DNA from: Chlorokybus atmophyticus
Taxonomy: Eukaryota > Plantae > Mesostigma and Chlorokybus algae
NCBI GenBank assembly: GCA_009103225.1
Contig: RHPI01002090.1
Coordinates: forward strand, 706,414 to 770,413
Reading direction: 5' to 3'
DNA length: 64,000 bases
Both the position numbers and the translations under genes were made by a program. Positions 1 through 10,975 of the stretch are shown piece after piece. Each line of letters opens with the position of its first letter. Within the stretch, counting starts at the first letter, position 1. The notes below the pieces were generated by a model, which saw only the letters and a list, made by a program, of their open reading frames with translations, ran no database searches and had not been told where the DNA came from.

Positions 1-1795
1 AAGGTCGAATCGAAGGTTGTGCGCAACCAATAATGGAGTCGTCCCGGGCTCAACCCTCTCAGCCACCCATCTCTGTACACTCAACCACACCTGACAGCGA
101 GCCATGTTCAGCCGCGCGCATAACGAGCAAAATCAAATTCTCTGCAAGGTTGCGCCAACCTGGTTGAAGTCTGGCTGCGCTTGAACCATCTCGTCGGTAA
201 TGCCATGGACCTTCCAGTTTCTGATGGCTTTACCAGGATCAATCAGCCAACTCGTGCTGTCCGTGATATCCGCTGTGCTTGCCGCAGGGAGACTGAGTTT
301 GCATATTCCAAACTCAACCACCCTGTGTGAACAGCAAGGCACATCATGGATCCAACATGGCATACCCCACCAAAGACAGGCATGCCATACCTGTCAAACT
401 TGCTTCGACCTGTTGTTTCAGTGTCAAATGCGAAGATTGCCAACTGCTCTGCCTGGCTCGGGTTCAGCACGCCAGTTGCACTGGACGCGAGTGAAATGGA
501 CTCGCTAAAGTACATGCGTTTGCTGCTTTGTGCATCCTTTACGTAACTGCCTGTACTAATACTGCCACTAGATGAAGGGCTATCGTTGCCCAGGCCAGTG
601 TCGGCATCGGGATCAACAGGGTACATGGGCAACATGTCCTGGCGCAAGAGGGCTTTGAATTCGTTGAAGCCAACCTTCTCCACAGCCTTTGCTAGCAATG
701 CATTGACAGAGTTGACATCTGCCACGCCAAGCTCTCCAAGTGGCAAACTGAGTTGCACGCATAATGCCGACAGCTTGAAATCTCCATTACCAGGCCAGAC
801 CTGCATGCACAGAAGTCATCTGAATCTCTCCCATCAACTGTACACAAGCAGCACAAGCGCAACTGGCGTCACTTCAAGTGGCAAGGGCTGTGCGTGCATT
901 TCCCACAACACTCAACTGTAAGCGAGGTGAGTCAATAAACAATAGTTGCATGCAAGCGGTCATAGGAAAGCAGCACGCTGCCTGTGTGACCTGCAAGCCA
1001 GTGCATACATGATCACTACCTTGTAAGACAGATTGCGGGAGCACGCGAATCGCCAGCTATCCGGGGGAGATTTTGCCCCGCAACGCTCTATCATCCGGCG
1101 AAGGATGGGCACATGAAAGGTGTGCGCAGTGTGAGCAACAATCAAAGGCGTAGAGCCAGCCTCCACTCTGGCTTGGACCCATGCTACAACCTGCTCCCAA
1201 ACCTGCCACATAAGATGGTTTGTTTGCAAACGTGCGCCATGTCGGTATCTTCCATGTTTGCAACAGCATGCACGCAAACCAGCAAGCAAGGTGACCAGGA
1301 GGAGCTGATCTAGAAAGCAGATTTGGTGTGCTAGCATTGTTAGAACACGCAAGCAGCCTTGCGCATACGTGCAACGAGACCAGCTGCCATGCATGTCCAG
1401 CTACAATCATGTCGCATTGAGCAAAGCACCGCTTCTTGCAGTCATGCAGACTGTTTGGGCTGAGCACCAACCTTGTCGAAGGCGGGTTGACCACGCAACA
1501 TATCGGCGGTGATGCCGTGGAACTCCACGTTCTGCGGCTGGTCCTCCGGCTGGCCTCCAACAAACCAGTGGCGCTGGTCGCCCTCGCCAGGCTTGCCAGC
1601 CCTCCTGAGGGAAATCTTCAGCACGCGGTCCTCCTCGGGATCCACCCCCGTCGTCTCCACCTTCAGCACGAACAAGCTCAAGCGAGGAGTGCTGCTGTTG
1701 CTGTTGCTGCTTGATGCTGGTGACGAGGGGGAGGAAGCCTCACCTCTCCTCCCCTCCCCTCCCGCCCTTGACCTCGCCGCCCCCGCCGGTGCCAT
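1..1795 (-). CDS. Tandem DEDDh (DnaQ-like) 3'-5' exonuclease, spliced, 3' end outside window
   Basis: Exons 1795-1472, 1202-1020, 800-391, 322-160 and 90-<1 join in frame through GT-AG introns. Domain 1: FVLKVETTG..FHGITADMLRGQPAFDK|VWEQ..AHTAHTFH. Domain 2: FAFDTETTG..VHGITDEMVQAQPDFNQ|VWLS..AHNLRFDL. The ATG at 1795 is the most plausible start but is not certain. Confidence 0.8.
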
Positions 1796-1885
1796 CCCTA
1801 CTGCAGCGCAAAGCAGCAAGCCAGGCTTCCAAGCTGACAGATTCAGCTGTGGCAGCTTACTTCAAGTGGTTTGCTGCGGTTGTGG

Positions 1886-4839
1886 ATGGCGCCGGCGACG
1901 GCGGAGGCGGCGGAGACTACGGGAGAGGGCGGCAGGGAGCGCAGGGAGAGCGACTGGTCAGGTGCCGTGCCGCCTCTGCCTCCTTCGGGCGTTGACGTGG
2001 TGGTGGCAGGGCGGCCGCCTGCAGCCCCGCAGCCTGCGGCGCTGCCCTTGTCTCCGGTGCGTCAACTGTGATTCGATTGCGCAGCTGCAGCATACACGCA
2101 TTGGGACATACTGCCTACCACCGTCAATCAGGGATTTGTCATGTCTTGTTGGTGCAAATGCCGAGTACATGTTTGGTCGTTGTTGGCTTGAGGTGTTCTG
2201 TCTTTGGCTGCACTGGCAGCTTCATTGGCGTGCTTGAGTGTAGCAGAGTCGTTGCAATCTACAGTTGTAAGGGGAATTAGTGGATGTCAGCCCGCACCAG
2301 CACGTCGTTGCATTGTCTCACATTAGGTGTCACTGCAAGACATGCTCGCAGCATTGGTCGCAGACTTACCGGTTGAGGCATAAGAATATACATCGGTTGC
2401 ATGCACATACCATGTCAATTGTGAGTGATTGGTCAACACGCTCGCTTCAGCATTGCAAATGACATGGAGGCATAGAGCGCTTGTTCAATCAGCAGCACGT
2501 GTGCGCTCAACTCAGCGTATGCAAACCCGCAGAAAAGTCCGGCAAACTCCCCGCGCCATCATCATCATCATCACCACAGCCGAAGCCACAACCGTGCGCA
2601 CCATAGCACTGAAGAGCACGGCAGCCGCAGCCACAGCCACAACCATCACCACAGCCGCAGCCCCGATCCGCACAACCATGGTCACGACCGCAGCCGCAGC
2701 CCCAAAGCGGTGCACGGGGGTCATCATCGCCGTCTGACCAGCGGAGAACACAGGCACACTCAGGAGCACGACGCGCAGAGACCACAGCATCACAGCCCCC
2801 GCGAGCACGGGCACCACCGCCGCCAAGCCAGTGGCGGTGAGCACAAGCCCAGTCTGGAGCACAGCGTCCATGGCAGACCGCCGCAGCACAGCCTTGGCCA
2901 TAGGCATAGCCCCAAAGACTCTCCGAGACACAGCCAGGACTACGACAGGCAGGGTCAGCAGGACGCAGCCAGCGCGCAAGAGTTTGTCGACGATGTCCAG
3001 CACAAGGAAAGCGACGATGATGGCACCAATCTCAGGCACAGATTGATGGATGCTGTTGCGGTGGCCGCGACATCCCTTGACATGGGGGCTGAGACTTTGC
3101 ATGACAATGGTTACTCCAGCAGAGAGACAAGTGGCGCCGAACAGGTGCCATTCAGGAAGCATACAAGCAAAGCCACCAACTCACTCAATGGGCAAGATGC
3201 GGTCACTAAAAAGGTGGGGTATGCGGGGTGGAGCATGGCCATGTTGGGTACTTTGGAGCAGTTTTGGCCATCTTTAAGGTAAAAGTGTAAGCTTGCGTTG
3301 AAACTTGCTTGGTCAGGTAGGTTGGCGCTGGTGGAATGGGCGCAGAGGTTTACGAGGGCGAAATTCAAGGCGGCTTCTGTACTTGATATCAACAAACTTC
3401 TTTTACTTCTGCTGTGAACTGGCGTACGGACTGATCTCAGGACGAATAGGTGCTGCCTGCTTGCTTGCTGTTGCTTCAAGTGATGGAGATTTCATCAAAG
3501 CACCCACGTAAAGTCTTATGCAGCTTTGGTGTCCGATGCTTTCCATCTCTGTTTTGGCTGTTGCGTACTGGCGGGGAGTCTATGGGCAATGCAGCTTGCA
3601 AAGTTACCTGCCGATGACACCTATTCTTATGGGTAGGCTTTCATGTCTGCTGTCTTGAGCTGCCTCGCTCAGGTTATAGAGCAAAACCTCATTATGTTGG
3701 CTGTCTGCAGTTATGATCGCATGGAGGTGCTTGCTGCATTTACGAACACGGTAAGAGGTTAACCACACGCATGCTTCACCTTGCTGAGCAATTGAGGCTT
3801 GTGTTGTACGCGTGTGATCATTGTGTACTCCATTTCCAGCACGTGCATGGTGTTATTGTATGTGTCTGAGTTGGTAACTGCATTGGAAACTAGCAATCTC
3901 CGCTGATGTCAAGTTTATTGTGCAGCTTTTCTTGTTGTTCCTTGCATTCTCAGTGTGCGTGGAGGCTTTGCACTCCATCATTGAGCCTGAGAGCGAACAC
4001 AAGCATTACCTGATAGTCTCTGCAGTGTCGAACCTACTCGTCAACCTGCTAGGAGTTGCATTCTTTAGGCGCTATGCACGCATCCGAATGGGTAAGCCTT
4101 TCTGTGGCCATGGTGCAACACTCTCTTGCGCACACCCTTGCTTGCGAACAACAATTCTGACAAGGTGCTATGTCATGGCAGTTTACCGTTGCTCTGCTGA
4201 CATGAACCTCCATGCGGTTTACCTTCATGTTTTCAGCGATTCGATCCGAAGTGGAGGTGTCATCCTGGCTAACTGGCTCTTGACGCTGAGGTGAGGTTGC
4301 AGATGGTTCAGCCTGCTGCTTGCATGCTACTGCAAGTCTTGTTGCTGAAGTTCGGGCTGTGCGCAGGGTGCCGGGTGCTGAGGCCATCGTGAATGTGCTG
4401 GTTGCCGCTGTCATACTGGCTGTTGTGTGGCCATTATTTCGCGCTTCGGCGAAACTGCTGCTGCAGACCGCACCTGCAGACATTCCTGTGGGTGTCATTT
4501 CCAAGTGCCTGCGTGAGGTAACAGCGTGGTCTCTCAATTCTGAGCAAGATGTGCGTGTTCGTCTGCTCCTCTGCCTACACTTGCTCCTCTGCCAATACAA
4601 GTGGAGTAAACCGTCGGATTGGCCTTTGGCAGGTTTCTTCGCATCATGGTGTGCTTCGGGTTTCGAATTTTCGGTTTTGGGCAGCGTCACCTGGGTCGGT
4701 TGTAGGCACGTTATTGGTTACTGTCAAACCACAAACGGATCAGCAGCACATACTGCGCCAGGTGCATCGCGCTTTCATGAGCAACCTTGGCGTCATTAAC
4801 CTCACTGTGCAGATCGAGATTAAAGATGGAAGCGAGTAG
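1886..4839 (+). CDS. MTP5: Cation diffusion facilitator, MTP5 type, with long His-rich N-terminal region
   Basis: Exon peptides SRRLLYLISTNFFYFCCELAYGLISGRIG, VEALHSIIEPESEHKHYLIVSAVSNLLVNLLGVAFFRRYAR, DMNLHAVYLHVFSDSIRSGGVILANWLL and FWAASPGSVVGTL..NLGVINLTVQ match plant MTP5. Stop at 4839. The His-rich exon (~2495-3213) joins in phase 0 to the exon at 3317. The first exon (1886-2056) is tentative. Confidence 0.85.
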
Positions 4840-5422
4840 CTTCATATTCGCTGCCAGCGCTTGTACATAGCTGATATAGTCAAAACCAGCATAAATCAGT
4901 TGATGAACTCAGCACTCTCATTGTTATGCTTAATGTGTCTTGTCTGCATGCGAAATAACAGTGCAGCCATTCCACGCCACAATTCAAGCTAGGTAAAACT
5001 ACTGCGGTGACAGCCACATTAGACTCTGACAATGAGTTACAGCTGGCATTCTCCGCGGGCATAGATGTTGTCTGACGCCCATGGTTGGGGTTGAGGAGGC
5101 GTGTGCGCAGGGTCCATACATGCACTAGACAACCTAAGCATGCACAAGTGTTTAGGAGTGCATTTGTACTCAGTCAGCAAGCTCCACTCACGCAATTGCT
5201 GCTGGGGTATTCACCACACTTGAGGCGTGTAGCTATTGGAACTGCACGTCATTTAGAGTGTGCGCAGTCTGCGAACATATACACACAAGTGGACGTCCAC
5301 ACGCGTAACACATACCACCCCTCCCAGTGTTCAACATGTACAAGCTAGGTGTGCATACCCAAAAAATAGTCGCCGAGCTGGTTGTCAAGCGTATCTAAGA
5401 ATTCCTGTTGTTGTCACCCCCA

Positions 5423-8282
5423 CTACAGCCCAGCTCCATGCTCTGACAACTCGTAAGTCTGCATGAAGAAATATGGACCGTTCCCTGGGTAGATAGCTGC
5501 TGCCTCGTGCAAAGAATAAGCCAGCGCAGTACGTGAAAACCCACTCCCCCTCTTCATGACGAAGTAGTCGCATTTTGAGAATAGCCACCACTCCCCAAGA
5601 GCACCTATCAAGTTCTTCTCTGGCGTGTTGTATTTGGCAGTGGCGTAAACTTCTTTATCAATGTGTGCTGGTGCCACATCAGTCGTCATCACCTACGGGA
5701 GAAGCAACCAAAGTAAGCCATGCTGTCTATACCACAGCTCAGACTGGTGTTCATGTTGTTGATAACTAGGGCATAATCGCACATTAATGGTATGACAATC
5801 ATGTGGCAGATTGGTGCCAGGAAGGGGGGAAAGACGGCAAGGAGTTTACCTTGTTCCCGTAACGCATCCGGATATCACCCTTGAGCGTCTCAGAGTCTGT
5901 CATGAGGAACCACACAACCTTCTTCCCCAGACCCTTAACAGCTTGCAGGTCCTGCGATTCAACGGTCAGTGCCAACAAAGCAGGTGGCAGAGAGCTTGGC
6001 AATGTGACATTACAAACCAAGCAAGTATGCAAAGCAAGCATGTTGGCATGGCAATGCTGACCTCAGCGGAGCGCATGTAGTCGTAGAACTGTGTTCCATG
6101 CCCATCAAAGTCCGCGCAAGTAATCTTTTTGTCAGCAGAGAAGGAACTGTCTCCGGTACGAATGTGGATACCCACTGCGAACGAATCGGGATCTTCAAGG
6201 ACAGCAGCATGTTGAGCGAATTGTGTCCGCAGCAGTTTAGTAGGCCTGAACACGCAGTAATTGGTCAATGCAGCCACATGACAGACTTCAGGCACATACG
6301 CATATGCACACATACGCGCGCAGAGAAAGGCACAACAGCAAGACTATATATGAAGCAATGTTACAAGTGGAGGATACGCGCAAATATGGGTTTACATCTT
6401 TCCTGTGACCACAGATGCAATTGCATACGGGGTGAAACCAATACCTGACAAGCATGTGCAGAAGGCAGCCGAAGGCGAACTGCGGTTTCATGCCCAAGTC
6501 TTTGAGCCTCCGCGCGACCTCATTCTGCTCTCGGTATGCCATGCTGACCACCCCGCGATTAAATCCGACAACAATAACTCGCTGGGGGAATGCCGTTGTC
6601 AAATTGCCGAGCTTGCCCCCGAAGGCGCCCCCACAGTTCCAGGTCCTTCGCCGAACTTCGCAATCGTGCCAGTTGAAGAGACCAATCTCGCCGTCCTTGG
6701 TTGTGACATTGTTACCCCACTGTGGACTGATGCTTACAGACGGCATCGGTGGCAACTCAGCGTCTGCCTCCGGACCGCCAACTATAGCGTCTGTGTACGT
6801 CCAGTTAATGTACGGTGACCTGAAAGCCACCTCTGCACCCCTCCAGTCCATCAAAAAGATGCGATCCGTAAGCAAGGCGAACAGAAAGGTGGAAATCAAA
6901 CCAGCAAACCTGTCTGCTAGCCCTCCACACTGCACATGACAAAAACCATGTCAGCGTGAGCTGATGCAGCTTCTTGTTGTGCACTGCTTACACTAAGCAA
7001 ACTGCATATGCTGCCCTATACGCAGCCAGCTGCAAACGTGATGAGACACTATGGTTATTTTAGGAGGTTGATGGGTACATAGCTTATAGCAAGGGACATG
7101 AATGCATGCGTGCAACCTGCACACTATGATTGCAATGGCAAATTGTACTCTTCGGCTCACACCTGATCATCATATTTGCCGTACTGTCGACAGCGGAAAA
7201 CCACAAACTTCAACTTCTTCTTCTCAGCCTCAGAAGCATTCGGGTCGTTGATGATGGCCATGGCCTTCCTGTGCATCTCAGCATAGGCTAGCATCCAGCT
7301 GCCGCATATCGCAGGATCCCTGGCCCTAAGTTCGGGTTTCCCTTTGACAATCGCCGCATCCCAAGGCACCAAGCGAGCTGAGGTCTTCATGTGTATTGAC
7401 CGCTTCGCCCGTGCAGTTTGAATGACGGATCTCCTGGGTTGGCTGTTGAGGCGCTGCTGCACGCCATAGCTTCGCCAATCTTGTGCCGTGGCAAGCTGCA
7501 CAGTGAAAGCACTGAGTCAGCCCTGTGCTTTACATGCACTCCTCAACTAGCAGGCCATTCAACTGAACAACAACAACAACAACGACAGCAGCAGCAGGGA
7601 CGCTGATCATATCGCTACACTGCAGTAGTATGCTGACAGCCTCAGCCATGTGAGGGCTGCAGCACACAGTTTTTTGATCGTCAGTGCTAAATTTTGCACA
7701 AGAGTACAATATCTAGCAGACCATAAGACCAACGAAACACATCACACTCGCAGGCACCGAATTCGCCCGTGAGTGTGACAGCATGCACTGTCTTGACGCA
7801 TACGCAAGCATGTGTTGCTCTGTGTGCACACTTATTGTGTCAACCGAGACTACACTCGCAGAGCCAAGCATGGTACTGGCCATGTGCACATGCAACTAGG
7901 CCCAACAGCGACAGGCATGCAGGCAAATGTTCATCACTGCATGTTACACTACATGTACCTGCTGCGAGTATGGGCACTTGACAGACCCTTCCAAGCAGAT
8001 GAAAGCTCCGGCATTCAGCCTCAGGACGTATGCCAGCACCGACGCTGTGGCCACAATCAAGGCCAGCAGGATGACCTTCATCTGTGTGGGTTTCTGGGCG
8101 GCGATGAGCAGGCGTGCTACATTGCTGCTGCTAGGCGACCGGTACAGGCCACCGCTGCTGGGTGTGCGCAGGAGCCTGTTGGGCGTACTGGCCGCCGAGC
8201 TGCTGGGTGTGAGCGGCATGCTATCATCGTCTCCCCGCCATTCGGTAGGCACCAGAGGCGCTTCATGCCCTTCAAACACCAT
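5423..8282 (-). CDS. Type II membrane fucosyltransferase (GT37/GT23-like, GT-B fold), spliced
   Basis: N-terminal TM segment KVILLALIVATASVLAYVL. Motifs CGGLADRFAGLISTFLFALLTDR, VGIHIRTGD, FLMTDS and LGEWWLFSKCDYFVMKRGSGFSRTA occur in order across the ORF-track fragments from 7944-8384 down to 5423-5692. Confidence 0.8.
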
Positions 8283-9922
8283 GCTCAAAACAAACTCGCC
8301 AGCCGGCCTAACTGATCTACCCAAGTGACACACTGCGTGATGAAGCGGCAGATATGACAGCAGCACAGGTTCACGACGTGTCAAGTCAAGGCAGTGTTCA
8401 CGTAAGCTCCCGCGACCACAGCGATACGTACTTCCACAAAGCGGTCAATCACCGCGACACCACCGCCGCCGCCAGTGGTGTGGTTGGTCAGCAGTCGAGC
8501 AAGCTGCTGGTCAAATGCACTGGCCACGGTGAACGCGGCGGCGTCATGGTCAGCGCATTGCCACTTGCTACGGCGCCTAAATTCTTGCTAACCCACACCG
8601 CGCAAGCCCTTGGTGTCACGAACACCACCAGCACCACTACCGCCGCCACCGTCGCCGCCGCCGGAGTGGGCCTGGCAAGCCAGCTGCTGCACAAGGGGAA
8701 GCTCTCACACAAAATGTGCACTAGTTTCCTGTCCCCTGCGTGCTCTGCTCCATTGCCAGCTGCCACGCGCGGCCAAGCACGCCCACGCTCTCTCGGACCG
8801 GCGCTCCGAGCCAACCCGAAGACGCCAACTCGGCACCCTCCTTTTCCCTGCCGCGAAAGCAGCAGCATGACATGTACCATCCCCGCCATGCCGTTTGGGT
8901 TCGGTACAGTCAAGACCAGCCAAAAGCGCGGGGAGCAACGTACGTGTACGCGGCCCGCCTACGCCTACAGGCGGCCTGCCTACGCCTAGAGTACGATGCG
9001 TCGCTCGCGTGCGTGCGTGTGCGGGCAATTGGCCGCTTATTCCACAAGACACGGACCGGCATGGTGAGATTGTTACAATACACTCTATTCATCTGGGACT
9101 GTAAACCAACCAGTATGTAAGGCATGCAACCGGTATGAGGCTGGTCAAACAACCTCATGACCAAAGAACTGTTGCAGGCTTCCTTGCGTCTTGCAGCATG
9201 CCGTTCCAACGGCCTCTACTCAGTACTGATTAGTTACAGAGGGATTGGCAAAAAGGTCGCCGCAATGTCGACCCCAGGTGGCCATTGGTCAGCAAATTTC
9301 TGGAAAAGTTTGCACACCAAACGCGGTTGCTCCCTCGTGCGTGCTTCGGAGAATCTGAGGAATCCCACATGTCATAAATGCCGCATGACTCATGTGGCAG
9401 TGATGACCTGTGCAACATTCTGGAATCCGCACAGCGGTGTCTACAAATTGTATTCCTGTATGGTGATGGTCCATCACTGATGGATATCACGAACGTTAAG
9501 TGCTCTCATTCACGACGTCGGATGCGGGATTCACTTGCGCACATGCATTTCCGTGACTCGGTGCATGACTAGAGTGTCATGTATGTTTCGACGAAGTCAG
9601 CCAGCTGCCTACCAGCGCTGTGTCGCTGGTAGGCAGGCCTTCGGTTCGGCTGATTGCCGGCCGTCCCAACGAAATCAGTTATAATAATAAATCGCATTGT
9701 AACGAACAGAATGTGAGTGCAGTTGATATGATGGGGGTTAAATTATTATTCTTTGGGGTATGGGGTGCCCAACCTCGTATCACTGGAAAGGCGCTTTTTA
9801 GAACAAGTCACACGATTTACTGTCGCGCTGTGCCGAAACCCGCGCGGCAAGAGAGGTGTCGTTTCTCGTTCGCCGTCGCCCTGGCGGTAAAAATGCTTTT
9901 GGATATCAAATTATTTACCTCA

Positions 9923-10076
9923 TACTTGGTAACGGCGTTTTGAACGATGTCACCCCCTAGTTTACGCCGCATCTCAATTGACGCACTGCAACGGTGCTCG
10001 TACTTGGTAACGGCGTTTTGAACGATGTCACCGCCTAGTTTACGCCGCATCTCAATTGACGCACTGCAACGGCGCT
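9923..10076. repeat. Two-copy 78-bp tandem duplication
   Basis: TACTTGGTAACGGCGTTTTGAACGATGTCACC(C/G)CCTAGTTTACGCCGCATCTCAATTGACGCACTGCAACGG starts at 9923 and again at 10001, nearly identical. Confidence 0.95.
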
Positions 10077-10397
10077 GCTACTTTTTGTGTATGGTAATGG
10101 ATCAATAGATCAATATTGAAGCATATTGGTTGCTATATTGAGCCAAAAAGGTGTCCATTAATGTGCTTATTTTAATACGGTTTTGTGTACAGACTGCAGC
10201 GATTATACGGAAAGTAGTTATGACTGATTATGATAAAGGTAGGATCGGACCGTGACGATAAGTTGTACACGCATCATCCGATTGCATTTATTCAACCGAG
10301 GATAATCAATCTAAGTGAAACTATCTCCTCATGTGCATGCACATGCGGCAAAAATGTGCCAACATACCGCCACATGAGCATACAACTTATTGTTATA

Positions 10398-10412
10398 GGG
10401 TCAAGTCCCCTA
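10398..10412. repeat. Left terminal inverted repeat of pogo-like element
   Basis: GGGTCAAGTCCCCTA, followed by imperfect similarity (TTTTAGGGA vs ATTTGGGAA) to the right end. Confidence 0.92.
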
Positions 10413-10975
10413 TTTTAGGGATAATTTGAGGTTTTAAGCATATTGTGCTTGACTGATAGGGTTAATGGCGGTCATGTGTATAGTTGCTGGATAGCTGAAA
10501 TTATAGGCTACACAGTGATATTTTTTTCACATTTCTCGCGCGGTGTCGTGTTAGATACTCCGCGCCAAAGTAGGGGGTGCAGAGGGTCTGACCTCAAGGG
10601 TGCGCGTGCCCTAATTTGGTGACTCGAGAAAGGCTGATGGGCGCTGTCAGCCATTCCTGAGTGCCATCAACCTGCTGGCCGCAGCCATTGTGAAGTGGCG
10701 GCTGCCAGCTAGTAGGCTGGGGGGCAGGCTGTGATGGGTGTGATGTGCAGGCTATTGCTTGCAGGCGGTTTGTTCCCGCCAAGCTGTGCCGCCTTGGCGG
10801 GAAACCTTGTGTCAGTTGCAAGGTTGCAAGCAAGCGGGCGGCGGCGTTATCGGTGTGGGTATGGGTGGCATCAGGCGCACAGCAGAGCACAAAAGTCTTG
10901 CATGCATGCATGTGTATGTACAGGGTGTGTAAGTCAAGGCAAACTAGGTCTACAAAGTTGTCTAAGTCTAGGACT

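Noticed and set aside
2512-3162. 216-aa hydrophobic-looking ORF on the minus strand
   Set aside because: Antisense shadow of the His/Ser-rich MTP5 exon; the Val/Ala/Met runs come from complementing CAT/CAC/AGC codons.
8354-9600. Several overlapping 100-210 aa ORFs upstream of the fucosyltransferase
   Set aside because: GC-rich low-complexity sequence with no family motifs or consistent splice pattern.
9923-10076. Repeat considered as a CRISPR-like array
   Set aside because: Only two long adjacent copies with no spacers, in a eukaryotic context. No CRISPR, rRNA or tRNA was recognised anywhere in the window.
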